Assembly (NCBI GenBank): GCA_013265495.1 | Contig: MU057560.1 | Coordinates: 1,128,753-1,192,752, forward strand | Direction: 5' to 3' | Origin: Vicugna vicugna | Taxonomy: Eukaryota | Length of the DNA stretch: 64,000 nt | Part shown: piece after piece, positions 38,640 to 50,472 of the stretch | How the letters are laid out: each line of letters begins with the position of its first letter | Position numbering within the stretch: position 1 is the stretch's first letter | The notes under the pieces: generated by a model | The model's database searches: none | The model's input: only the letters and a program-made list of their open reading frames with translations | Told to the model about the DNA's origin: nothing | Position numbers and translations under genes: made by a program

Positions 38640-39655
38640 CCACCAGCAGTCTCCACACAGACCACCAGATGACTCTGAAAACTGTGGTCCATCGCTCTGT
38701 ATCCATTCTGTAGTGGGGGGACTTGTGAGCTTTTTCCAGATTCACATTATTTTAAAAAATCCAACTATGAAAATTCTTGAATGTGTATCCTGATGCACAG
38801 GAGTTAAGAGTTTCTGTCGGGTCTGCATCTGGGAAGAGAACTGCTCATCACAGGTCCACACATACTCACATTTTACTGGATAACCACAAAAGGCTGTCCT
38901 GAGTGTGTGCACACCGCAGAGTGCGTAAGAGTCCCCACTGCTCCGCGGACCTCAGCACTCAGCGTTCCACACTTTTCAGTGTGTTCCAGGCATGGTGTCT
39001 GACATTTTAAATTTGAATTTCCATTCTTATAAGAAGGTTGATTACCTGTCATTCATTTAATGGGATACAGGCTTCTTATTTTTTTAATCTGCTGGCCTAT
39101 GTGTTGCAAACGTTTCTTCCCACTCTGTGTCTTGTCTTTTTATTTTCCTTATGGTGACTTGGAAAGAAAGGAAATTTTCATTTTGATGAAGTAAATCTCG
39201 TCAACTATTTACTTTAAACTTGATGATTTTTAAAATTGTTTTGAAAAACGACTTTCACTGAAGTCATGGTATTATTTTATTGGAGTCAATTTTTTTAATG
39301 TTTTATTTTGTCTTATTTATTTTATTTTGGGAGGAGAGGGAGGGAGGTATTTAGGTTTGTTTATTTATTTATTTTTAGAGGAGGTCCTGGGAATTGAACC
39401 CGGCACCTCGTGCATGCTGAGCATGTGCTCTGCCCACTTGAGCTGTACCTTTCCCCTCAGGATATTATTTTATAGTCTAATTTAATTCAGTTTTTGCCTT
39501 TGCTGTCTACATTTTTAATCTATAAGGGTTGGATATTTGTATAGAGTGTAAAACTGGGGTTTAATCTCATTATTTTTCTTCTGGAGATCCAATCGTTCCA
39601 ACAACACTTACTGAAAATACACTCCTGTCCTCTCTGATCTGAAATGCCACAAATA
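38640..39655 (-). mobile_element. Ancient L1 (L1ME-type) late ORF2/3' region, interrupted by a SINE
   Basis: 'tatgtgttgcaaacgtttcttcccactctgtg...ttttcattttgatgaagtaaatc' and 'ttccaacaacacttactgaaaa...tctgaaatgccac'. Confidence 0.8.
39281..39456 (-). mobile_element. Camelid SINE (Vic-1-like) with TSD, nested in L1
   Basis: 'gaggaggtcctgggaattgaacccggcacctcgtgcatgctgagcatgtgctctgcccacttgagctgtacctttcccc'; TSD tcatggtattattttat (39264-39280) / tcaggatattattttat (39457-39473). Confidence 0.93.
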
Positions 39656-39699
39656 ACAACTGCCAGGAATAATGCAGCTGGGATTCAAAAGATTAAAAG

Positions 39700-40445
39700 A
39701 GTCGAATGTTTATAACTGTATGTGAGTCAGCTTGAATATTTATATCAAATGGAAAATTTCCTAGATAACTTAACAAAACTAGCCCAAGATAAAACAGGGA
39801 AACCTAAATAATCCTGAATCCAGTAACATCACTGGATCTGCAGTAAAGTCTTCTCGCAAAGAAGATACCGAGCCCAAAGGCTTCGCCAACCATTTTGCCA
39901 ATTTTTTAATAACTAATTTAAAAACTTTCAAACTTGCATAGAAGATGGAGAGTGAGGAAGCAAACACTGACTCATTTTGTAAGGTTATCATGGCCGTGTT
40001 AATGAAAGAAAAATAACAGACAAGGACACAGTGATAGAAGGGATGTTACAGACAAATGTCGCCAGTGTTGACACAGATGGAAAAATCTAAACAGAATATA
40101 GACAATCAAATCCAAAAATATTTAATATGGCCCAGTTACAGCCCTCACCGTCCAGAATTAAAAAACTTAATTTAACTGTAGAAAATCGATAAATGTAGTG
40201 AAACATACTAAAAGATTACAAGTCACAGAATACAAGAAAATATTTGCAACAGATACAGACAACAGAGAACTAATGCTAGACTATAGAAAAACCACAATAT
40301 ATTAACTTAAAAAAGAAAAAATTAAAATATCTACAAAACTAAATTTAGATCTGTATCCCTTTAAATGTACGAAAAGAAGAAAAATTCATATGATAACAGT
40401 TCAATAGATATAAAGCTTTTAATAAAACCTAAAATGCATTCGTGT
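39700..40445 (+). mobile_element. Ancient L1 ORF2 fragment (pre-RT/RT start)
   Basis: 'caaatggaaaatttcctaga...gcccaaaggcttc...actcattttgtaagg...ttacagacaaatgtcgc...gatggaaaaatctaaacagaata'. Confidence 0.75.
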
Positions 40446-40448
40446 GCA

Positions 40449-40474
40449 ACACACACACACACACACACACACAC
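40449..40474. repeat. (AC)13 microsatellite
   Basis: Perfect AC run. Confidence 0.95.
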
Positions 40475-40899
40475 CCCTTCTTGGTAATGGGAGCACAGAG
40501 AAGGGTCTTCACCTGAGAAAGTGTGTCTACAAAAAATCTACAGGGGTCCTTCCTCTTCCTCTCCTCCTGTCCTGTCTCCTCCCTTCTCTCTCCTGCCTTT
40601 CTTTTCCTTCTACTCCTGAACAACTCTGTGCAGAAACCATTCTGCCAGGTTGGGGTGGGGGCAGTGGGCGGTCTGACAAGGGTGAGGACTGTGTCCACTT
40701 GGGTGATGGCCTTGCACGGGGTGTGGAAGATGGAGCTGGGGTGAAGGGGCCTGGGCACGATGGCCTGGGGAGGGGTCTCAGAGCCTGAGGGTGTGAGGAG
40801 GGAGGGACACAGCTGACAAGAGGTGGGGGCGTCCAGGGCACCTGGGTGTGGAGAGCAGGCACAGGACTGGGGTGACAGGGGCTCCAAAATGAGGGGGCT

Positions 40900-41110
40900 T
40901 CTGGGGGTGGTAGGATACTGGCTACTCTCAGTAGTAAGGGGGATTGGTCAAATCAGGGCACATATTAAGGAAATGGGAGCCCACTTTCTCTGAGGAGGGA
41001 GCTGCTTACAAAGATGAAAAGTGGGAGAACTAAGATGATCTCTGAGTGTGGGACTGAGATTGGGGTGTGAAGTCAAGGTTCGACAGAGAGGGAGGGGCAG
41101 GAGATAAACG
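40900..41110 (+). mobile_element. L1MC-type 3' UTR fragment
   Basis: 'catattaaggaaatgggagcccactttctc...ttacaaagatgaaaagtgggagaactaagatga'. Confidence 0.6.
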
Positions 41111-41384
41111 CTCACAAGTGCACGCTGGGTCTTAAGGGCTGCACCCTGAGTTGTGTAGGGAGATCCAGAGTGCGCTCACTGCTGCATTCCTGCAAAGCAA
41201 CACAGTCACATTCAAGGTGTGGATGTGGGGAACCGCATGTGTCACCGCACGGGAAAGAGAGAATGGTTCCCAGAGACAACGGAGTGACAAGTTCTGTGGT
41301 TTGTCTTTTTCTTCCATGGTCCTTAAAGTAGAAAGAAGATCCAAGCTGCAGCTACTTAATAAAATACCCTTCATGCTTCATCAT

Positions 41385-41542
41385 GTTTGGGTGAGGTCAT
41401 CCGGGTGGAGCCCCCATGAATGGGATTAGTGCCCTTTTAAGGGCACAAGAAAGCTCCCCCCTCCCCGGCCCCGCTCTCCGCTGTGTGAGGCCGTGAAGAG
41501 AAGGCGGCTGTCTGTGACCAGAAGCAGGCTGTCACCAGAGCA
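41385..41542 (+). mobile_element. MLT1A-type MaLR LTR fragment
   Basis: 'gaggtcatccgggtggagcccccatgaatgggattagtgccctt...tgtgaggccgtgaagagaaggcggctgtctg...tcaccaga'. Confidence 0.85.
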
Positions 41543-41876
41543 AGGACACAGAGAAGACAATCCCTAAATCCCTAAATTTGGGGGGAAATAAGAAGCATAG
41601 TGGAGTAGTTTGGTTGAGTGTAAGCATGTTACAGACCTTGGGAGAAAATGAGATAAGTCATGAATTTAGATTTTCAACTCAAGGTTTCAATTACAAAAAA
41701 ACTTCTGTGATTGCTCTAAAAGTAACCTGGTCTCCGCCAGCCACAGAACTGAGATTTCTGAAAACCAAACCTTAAGTCTCATCGCCTAGTGGGTGCTGAA
41801 TCATTGTGCAGGTTACTACAGATAGGGACTTACAGGAAGATTCTTATGTGGCCAAGAACCTTGCATTGCTAAATTC

Positions 41877-42398
41877 TGGAATACTACTCAGCCATAAAAA
41901 AGAAGGAAATTCTGTCATTTACGACAACGTGGATGAACCTGGAGGGCATTATGCTAAGTGAAATAAGGCAAAGAAAGACAAATATATGATCTCACTTATA
42001 TCTAAAACCTAAAAAAAAAATTTAAAAACAAAGTCACAGAAACTTAGAGTAGATTAGTGGTTGCCAGGGGCTGGATGAGGGGTGAGGGGAAGGGGAGGAT
42101 GTTGGTCAAAGGGAACCCCATCCGGTTATAAAAGGAGTTAGTTCTTGGGATCTGATGTATAGCATGGTGACCACAGTCAAAGGTACTGTGTAGCTGAAAG
42201 TTTCTGAGAGAGCAGATCTTAAATTTTCTCACCATAACCACAACCAAGTGGTAACCATGTGCGGTGAAGGGTGTGTTAGCCAACCTCGCTGTGGTAATCA
42301 TATTGCAATCTGTACATGTATCAAATAATCACATTTTACATCTTAAACTTACACAATGTTATGTGTCAAGTATACCTTGATAAAGCTGGGAAAAAAAG
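41877..42398 (+). mobile_element. L1MA9/MA10-type 3' end
   Basis: 'ggaatactactcagccataaaaaagaaggaaattctgtcattt...atgctaagtgaaataag...gatctgatgtatagcatggtgac...cttaaacttacacaatgttatgtgtcaa...ataaagctgg'. Confidence 0.93.
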
Positions 42399-42879
42399 GA
42401 AGTTTGACCCTTAATAGTCACTCATTCACTTCTTACCATTCAGTAGATATTTGAAAGAAAATGGTACACGGAGCTGAAAGAAGAAATACTTGCAATTCAT
42501 TCTCAGGCAACCGTAATTTCTGACCAACGGCATGTGTGCACCTGTCGGACACTGCACAGCTTCTCAGATCCTGAGCTCAGACGCGGACACTGTGCCCTCG
42601 TTTCATATTGCCCATTGTTTTTATGTGGTACTTGCTGTTCATCCTGTCTCCTGATGCCAGTTTTGAAAAGACAGAACATTGGAAAGACTGCAGCATACTT
42701 CAGGCTCAGAGCTCATGCAGTGCCTGACAGAATGTCAGGGTCTGTACCTCCCTGAAAATACCTCGTGGCACCTGGTGACCATACTGCGGTGACCTGGGCA
42801 CCCTGGCACACAGTGGAGGCTGGGGAACTGTACTCCTACACCTATGAGCAGAAGCGAGTTCAGGTGGCTCCTGGAGACG

Positions 42880-43095
42880 CAGGGGCAAAGCGGCTCCCGG
42901 GAGCAGATGCCGTGCACACCGGCGCACTGCCGAGTCCTGCCAGTTTACACTGACATTCTTGAGGAGTGTGTGTGGGAGTGCTTTCTAAGTGAGTTAAATT
43001 AAGCCGTGTCCAAATGGCAGGTTCATGTGCAAAGCCGCGGGTTACTTTCGTTGTAAAGCCACTGAGACTTGGGGCGGTGTGCGCCGCTTCAGCGG
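42880..43095 (+). mobile_element. Decayed MLT1 LTR 3' portion
   Basis: 'cgttgtaaagccactgagacttggggcggtgtg' resembles the MLT1 terminus 'tgttttaagccactgagatttgggg'. Confidence 0.5.
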
Positions 43096-43139
43096 ATCAC
43101 CAGGAGGATCATTAGACCAGGTGCAGCGCTGTGAACTTG

Positions 43140-43620
43140 CCGGAGACAGACCACGCTGGCTCCGGGAGAGAGAATGTGCGGGAAAGAGCGGACGAGGCCG
43201 GACGCGGGCGCCAGGTCAGTCCCGGGCAGGAGCGCGCCGAGGCGGCCCGGAGGACACGGGGCCGGCGGCCGTCAGGGGCCAGGCGCGCTGAGCGGTCTCG
43301 GGCTCTGTGCTCCGAGAATTTATATGTAAAAGCTCGGGCACCGGACAAGCAATTAAATGAACGTGAGAGACGTTCCGTGTGACAAACACAGGCCCCTAAG
43401 GGGTCCGTGCGTCAGTGGTAGAGGCGGGGATGCGTCTGAGGGGCTCCTAGGGGACCTGGGGTGTCACAGACCCGAGGCCCCGGCCAGGGATGCGGCGCGG
43501 AGCGGGGGGCAGGAGAGGGGTGCCCGTGTGGCTGCAGGGGCGCAGGCAGCCCCCCCCCATCGCCGCCCGCGAGGCACCTGCCGCGGAGGCGCGCCCCCTC
43601 CGCTCGCGGCGTCACTTAAC
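43140..43620. promoter_or_regulatory. CpG-rich patch
   Basis: Dense CpG, e.g. 'ggacgcgggcgcc...gcgcgccgaggcggcccgg', 'cgccgcccgcgagg...ccgctcgcggcg'. Confidence 0.6.
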
Positions 43621-44489
43621 AGGACGCAGACTTGGAGCTTGGGGAGTAGGTTTCACGTTGGCTTTTCTACCCAAATGAGGACAGGAATAGCCTCCGTGTC
43701 CTCACCCATATGCCTTCTTGTCATATTACAAACACTGGCAGTCATTTGTGTACCGCATCAATCTCCCCCATTAATTCACTCGGAGCTAGTGCTAGACAGC
43801 AGATGGGCAGAAATGTGTTCCCACCAGCCAGCCGCTCCCCGAAGACTGGCGGGTGTCTCCCAAGGCCGAGTGCTATTAATTACCTGGCCTGCTCCGCGCG
43901 GGGGCGGCTCGGGGCCCTGCAGGTCCTCCATGTCCCCACTCTCCGGGGTTTGAGAACGCAGAGAGTGGCTCCTGTTGGAACCTCCCTGGTTCACCGTTTC
44001 GCTCAGCTTTCAGCCCCTCCTCTCATCTTGCCAAAGCTGGTTCCGGCCTCATCACCTGTCATGAGTGACAGGGCAGCTCGCGGAGATGTTCAGGTGTCCC
44101 CAAGTCCCAACCCCCCTCAGCTCTCAGGGAAGACTGTGCTCATCATGTCGGGACCCATGGGACAAATAAGGGAGGTGGGCACGGGGGCAGACTTTCCTGG
44201 TGCTCAGTTTGGGAGCTGGTTAGCAAACCTTTCGAGCTAACTTGCTGCAAAAAGGAAGCTTCCCTTTGGGGAGAGCAGATGGTGGGCGCCCCACATGGGA
44301 GACTCTGCTTTTGCCCGAGGCAGGAGGGGACTGGCCGGGAAGAGAGCTTGCTCCTGTTCATTGGGAACACTCCTAGGGTGAGACGGGTTTAAGACGACAG
44401 TCTGTTGTCACCTTTTTCACCCACACCCCTTATAAAAACACCTCTATTCTCTTCCCAGACAGCAGTGAGAATCAAGAAGCAGGAATAAG

Positions 44490-44710
44490 GGAGGCGGGGG
44501 CGGCACAGAAGTAGGGGACTGAGGGGTACAAACTATTATGTACAAAGCAAGCTACAGGACATACTGAACCACACGGGGAACGAGCCAACATTGTGCAATG
44601 ACTGTACATGGAGTGGGACCTTTAAAAAATCACTGCACTGATTGAATCACTATATTGTACACCTGTAACATACGTAGTATTGTATGCGAATTAAACTTCA
44701 GTAAAAAAAA
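44490..44710 (+). mobile_element. L1 3' UTR fragment (laurasiatherian-type)
   Basis: 'gaggggtacaaactattatgtacaaag...tgaatcactatattgtacacctgtaac...aacttcagtaaaaaaaa'. Confidence 0.85.
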
Positions 44711-45848
44711 TGCTGGAATAAACCAACTAACCTGGCAGGTGACTAGAATTCAGTCAGTCTTTCCGTCAGGCTTTTGGTTTCTCTCTCTCTCCGTGCATTT
44801 TGAGAACACTTAATTGCCAGCCAGTGACTCTGCGTTAGTCACTGAGGACGCACATGTGGATACTGTGGCCTGAGGGCTCCCGAGCCTGGGGCGGGGATCA
44901 GGCAGAGAAGGCGGTGGTCGCTGGCCTGTGGTTAGTACTGCCGGCAGAAACCAGGCAACGGCGCTAGGGGCGCAGCGCTGAGCACTGCCTGGTTCACTTG
45001 GAAATGACTTTTCAGGGATTCCGGTGTTTGAAGTGAGTTTTCGGGAGTGTAAGCAGTTTTGCCAGTAAACAAGGACAGCTTCATGAAGTCATGGACGTGT
45101 AAAGGTCCTCGGCTTGTTATTCTGGGCAATTCCTCTCGTGGGAAATGAATGTCAGGTGTGAGTGGGAAAGAGGCAGGAGACGGGACTGGACGTGTCAGGG
45201 CTGCTGACCACGCTGTCAGGCTGCTCGGACAGTGAGGACTCCACACTTTATCTTGTAGGCAGTGGGTGCACATGTGTGCACACGTGTGTGTGCATGAGTG
45301 TGTGTAGGTGTGTGTACAATGCTAAGCAATGGAAACACGTGAGATTTCCCCCTGAGGACACTGGGACCATCGTGCCCATCTTCACATGAGATGCATCCTG
45401 GCACGACCCTGCAATGTTAGTAGGACCACACCGACACTGAGTGCATGGTCTGCACTGCCTCGTGGTTCTGTGAGAAGACCAGAAGGGTCTCTTCTCACCT
45501 CAAAGGCTGCTCACAGCTGCCGGCTGTCAGCCTGGGCACCCTCATCCTCCCTTGAACATCTTCCACTATGTTCCACAGCCCTCTGTTTAAGGTCAGAGAG
45601 GACCAGGTGGCATCTTGGATGTATCCTTCGGTTAACTGAGAATTAACTCACAAGCCAAGAGTTAGGTGTCTGAGCTGAAGCAAGTCTTGAGCAGTTAGGA
45701 TGGAAACTTTTAGTTCTGCCTCTGGGAGGCTTTGGGAAGGTCACTGAAGACGCATCTTCTATCTCTCTCGCTGTGTCCTGGGGATGAAGTAACACTTACA
45801 CGATGGATCCGTGTTGTAAATGGATGAGATGGCACACAGTCAGTGCAG

Positions 45849-45890
45849 AGCACAGCACCCAGCACGGCACCCAGCACGGCACCCAGCACG
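45849..45890 (+). repeat. 12-bp tandem repeat (agcacRgcaccc) x3.5 within a MIR 3' end
   Basis: agcacagcaccc agcacggcaccc agcacggcaccc agcacg. Confidence 0.85.
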
Positions 45891-47419
45891 TACAAACTGC
45901 TTAACAGGCACTGGTGTTTCTCTGACAAGGACGACGCAAGCCACAGGAAAATAACATCGTTCCCGCTGCACCTTTGAAATGTGCCAGGTCTTCCCAGGGT
46001 TCTGCCAGCCCGTAACAGCCTTATGGGAGGTGGGCTCTGACCACAGACTCCCGGAGGTTGCTGTTCGATACCTGTGTTAACCTGACTGAAAGGAAAATGG
46101 TAAGAACTGGCAATCAAGTAGATGGTTCCCAAAATACACAGCTTTCCAAAGGAGGTACTTAGAGAGCACACGGCTGTTACACGGCTCCCCAGGGCTCCCT
46201 CTTGGCCCCATGGTGACGAAGGGAGAAATAATTGCCCTAAACAGTCAGGCATCCTCATAAGACCAAAATTAAAGTCCATCAAATGTCTGGAAAAGAACAG
46301 AGCTGCCTACAAGGTTGGAATTCTTCCCTTCCTCCCTTCTTTATTCCTTTGTTATTTATTTTTTACCTTTGCTTTTCCTTTCTTTTCTTTCTTTCCTGGA
46401 ATTCTTAAGACTCATCAGCTTGCTGATAGATTGTTCTCTTACGCACCTGTCATGTTGCCTTGTGTTAACATCAGTCCATCAAAGTCCCAGCCAACACGAA
46501 TGAGAACGGTTGGCTATTTATCCATTAGTGGCAGTTATAACCAAGTCTGCTAACTATCTGATGAGAAACTATATAGAATAGATGTTAAGTCAGTCTGGAG
46601 ACCAGAAGGCGGTGGGACATGGGTTTAAGTCACAGTCTGCAGCCGTCCAGCTGAGCTTCTCCACGATCTGTCCCCTCTGCACTCCTACACACACAATCCT
46701 GCGTGCACATTTCTCTGATTATGTGTCACCCAGGTTGCCTGTGCCAGCTCAACAGAACCTTCCCGCCGTGGTGTTTTGACAGAAATTCTCTTCCCCTAGT
46801 TCAAAATTGAATCCCATCTGATTTGCCTTCCTCTCCAAATTTTCATTAGCCTCTGGCCTCCCAACCCTGTGGAAAGTCACACTAGGAGGCTGGCCTGGGT
46901 TTCCCCTGAGGAGACGGGCGGAGCAGACAAGCCCGGAGGCGCTCATGGGGCCCTGGAGGTCCTGCGAGGTCTGGAATGAGCCACAGGTTTGAACCAACAA
47001 GGGAGGGAGGAAAGCATGACCGATTTCCCCGTGTGGCCTGGCCGGTCAGCTGACGGGGAAAGGGGCTTGTCAGGGGCCGTGAGCACCTCACAGGACAGAG
47101 CTGACCTAGGCTGCTGTCTTCACGTGGCTCCAGTGGTCAGCAGGGGCGCTGGAAGGACAGTGGAGCCATCGGTGACGCTGTGCAGCGGGCAGTGATGAAC
47201 CGTCCCTCGTGCCTTTGGAGCATAATAACAGAACCTGGTTACAGTATAGCAGCTACTGTTAGCGCTCCTTGTGTTAGCAAGTGTCGAGGAGGAGCGCACA
47301 ACAGCTTTGCAAATACCGCTAGTTAAACTTTGCCCAGTGAGAGAGTGTGTGGAGCTGCAGGCCGCCTGGTATCTGGTTCCTCTGCACTTTCTGGACACGT
47401 GGGAAGCCCCCCTGTCTCT

Positions 47420-47875
47420 CTCGGAGACACCGAAGCCGCCAGGAGCGCTCTGCCAGCCGCGCGAGAAGCGTCGTGTGCCCGCCCCGTCGGGGGGGCGGAG
47501 CACAGGCGCAGGGCTTCCGGGAGCGCAGCGCGGGGGCCCCCGGCGGCGGGAGCCTGCGTCTCAGGCAGCGCGGGGCGGGGCGCCGCCCGGGGCTCCCACA
47601 CCTGCTTCGGGCTGCGCGACCGCCCCGGGCGGCGAGGCCGAGCGGCGGCTCCCGGGGCACGTGCCCGGGAGACCGCGGGGCCAGGCCGACCCCGCGGCCG
47701 AGCGCATAATCAGCGCGCTTTGCAAGATTCACTCAGAAAGGGAACCGGCTCAGCGTCCCTCCGGGCGCAGCAGCGCGAGCCCCCGGGGCGGGTCCGCAGC
47801 CGCCGGGAGGGACCTGCTCCCACAGTTTCTCCCTAGTCGGGTGACTTCCGGCACTGATTTAAACCCGCGCTTCTC
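47420..47875. promoter_or_regulatory. CpG island / candidate promoter
   Basis: Densest CpG region in the window; GC boxes (ggggcggggcg), ETS motif ACTTCCGG at 47844-47851, sharp drop to AT-rich DNA after 47880. Confidence 0.75.
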
Positions 47876-50189
47876 GTAGAAATAATGTTAAAAATACGAG
47901 TTTACATTCTTTGCTGAGCTGACGGTTGTAATGAGCGTGAGTGATGGTTGGCATGTTCGCTGTGACTCGGAAGCAGCAATAGTTATCAGAATATTTAAAA
48001 ACCAGAGAAGTAGGTGTGACAACCAATTGAATTAGGCCCTGGTTTGATCCCCTAAGTACAGAATAACTGGTTTGATCCTACAAATACACACTGGTGGGTA
48101 TCAGCACTGTCTAAAACGAACTTAAGAGTCCGACAGTATGGAAGAGTAAGAGTGGTTGTACTGAACATGCAGATCAAAGTAGACGGTTAATGACATCAGG
48201 ATAAAATTGATTTTTGAAAATTGGTTTGCGTTCTTGTTGATTTTTAATATGAATATCTGTAAGAGTTTCTTGTTATTTTCTATTTTTATTCTAAATGATT
48301 ATTGCAAGAAAAACATTCCGTATAATTGACAATTTTGATTATTTAGTTTCCCGCTAATTACCACGTTGCCCTTTTAGCATATATCCGGTAAATACTAAAT
48401 TTTTACTATTCATGTTCTCTGTAAAAATTTCGAGGAAAAGTCAACTTTTTGCGTTTAGACGCAAGAACATTTAAAACTTCAAGAGTATATGTGTGTGTGG
48501 GGTGTGGGTGTGTACACAAAAAGCATATTTTGGAGATAGAATTCTTATAATTCAAGATTGTAATGATGCATTAATTTATCTTTTCCCATTTCAGCATGAT
48601 CTTCAAGTTATTAAATGTAGAGCAACATTTCAATCCGGCAGTTCGACAGCTGGGGTCTGTCTAAATGGAGAATCGTGTTTCATCAGGCTTCGTGTCAGAT
48701 TGCAGCTGGGTCTTGATGGCAACAAAGCCAACAGAAAATGTTTGGAATATGCTGGTGACATCCATGACTCTGATCTTTGCCACGCACTATGTTAGGCTGG
48801 AAGGTGGCAAGACTGGGTGTCACTGTCTTAGGAGCGTGGTTCTCACCAGGGAAGATGAGAGGACCCTACGTCATCCTTCCAGAGATCACGTTACGTAAAC
48901 AGAACTTGGCCGCCTTCTTCCGCAGGAGCATCTGCTGTACGGATGGTCCCTCGTGTACCCATTTTGTTTTGCCCAAGGCAGTGATGGTGAGTAATGGGTC
49001 AGGCCGCGCCTGCTCGCGCATGATGCAATCATCAGAGGGACTTAATTGTCAGCACGTTGCACGTGGGATCACTGTGCCGTGCGCGCTCCGGCTCACTCCC
49101 AGGCAGTTTAGAATCAGCGTGAATCACAGGAAGTGGGGTTCTCCAAGAAGCCACCAGCGGTGCGTTTTCTCCCCTCCTATCTCTGGACAACAGTGACGTA
49201 TTTTACGTGCTAATTTCAGTAGGAAGTCTGCAATAGGTTACTGGTCCTCACGTATCTTCTCACCACCGCGTAAAGACCATTCACCTCCCATGCGAAGCTT
49301 TTTTGAAAAATACTCAGAGTTGAAGACCTTCACTCGCTCAGTGCTCGATGCTTGACATGAACTCCATGAAAAGAATAATTGCCAGGTATATTTTCTTTGT
49401 TATAGAAGCAGACCATCTAAATAATGAAATATGAATGTTTGATGTCAAGATAGGTTAAAGAAAGACATAGTTAGTAATAAAATTACATAGTTTACATAAA
49501 AAATTATCCATATCAGTCACCGATATCCACAGCTATCAGTTCATGTATAAAGCACAGCAGGAAGGTGTTAGACTTTTTGCAGCAGAGAGTTGCTTTGAAC
49601 TGAATGCTATGTCCTAAATAAACACGCCATATAATTATACAGATATTCTATATATTGAACATTCACTCCCATAATTATTAAATCTACTGTATAGATTAGG
49701 GGACAGATTCACAGACGCCAGGTACTTTGTCAACAGGAGGTAAGAAGAATTTATGTACGAGAAATAAAGACAAAGGCCAGAGGTTCACTTTAAAGAATAT
49801 CGTTGAAGAAATGAACTTTTTTAAAGTGTAGAATTTTTTAAAGCTTAGAAAAGTTTTTCTTTCAATGAACGAACATCAATCAATGCTGAGATGCGGAGTT
49901 TCTGCTTCAGGACCTACATGTCTTACATCATCATCCAACTTTTCCAAGACTGTTCTCACTTGGTTAGGGTTCTCTCGTTTGCTAAGAAGAGTAAAACATT
50001 GGTAAAAAAAATATATACTAACTGAAAGTGAAGAATTAGATGCAAACATAGGATATCATTACATAAACCCGCGGTCCTGCCACTGCTCAAATGGAATAGA
50101 TGCGACCAGGTTCCTTGCTTTAGAAATGGCTTATTTTCAGTGGAATAAAATGGAAATGAACAATTGCTTCTTTGGCTATAGCTTGGGGA

Positions 50190-50472
50190 CAGTGTGTCTT
50201 CAACCTGGCAGCCCTGAACCCTGTGTCAGTCCCAGCCCAGTCGCTCCTTGGAGAAGTCCCGTCTGACCCCCAGACGTGCAGGCGTGCTCTGTTGTGCTAA
50301 CGGGGTTCCATTGCCACGTGTTTGCTCACCTACCAGACTGCATGATTCTGGAACTCAGATAACCTGTCCTAACACACTGCCCACCACTTCCCTTCATATG
50401 TTTCATTCTCCAAATAAACTATAATCATGACAGAACTTAAAAAACATGGATTGATGAATGAATGAATGAATT
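50190..50472 (+). mobile_element. L2 3' end
   Basis: 'cacctaccagactgcatgattctggaactcaga' and terminal 'gattgatgaatgaatgaatgaa'. Confidence 0.6.

Noticed and set aside
42765..42953. ORF 'ELYSYTYEQKRVQVAPG' as a possible pseudogene
   Set aside because: No identifiable parent; overlaps probable decayed MLT1 sequence
47271..47879. 202-aa ORF and overlapping ORFs
   Set aside because: CpG-island artefact, open in most frames on both strands
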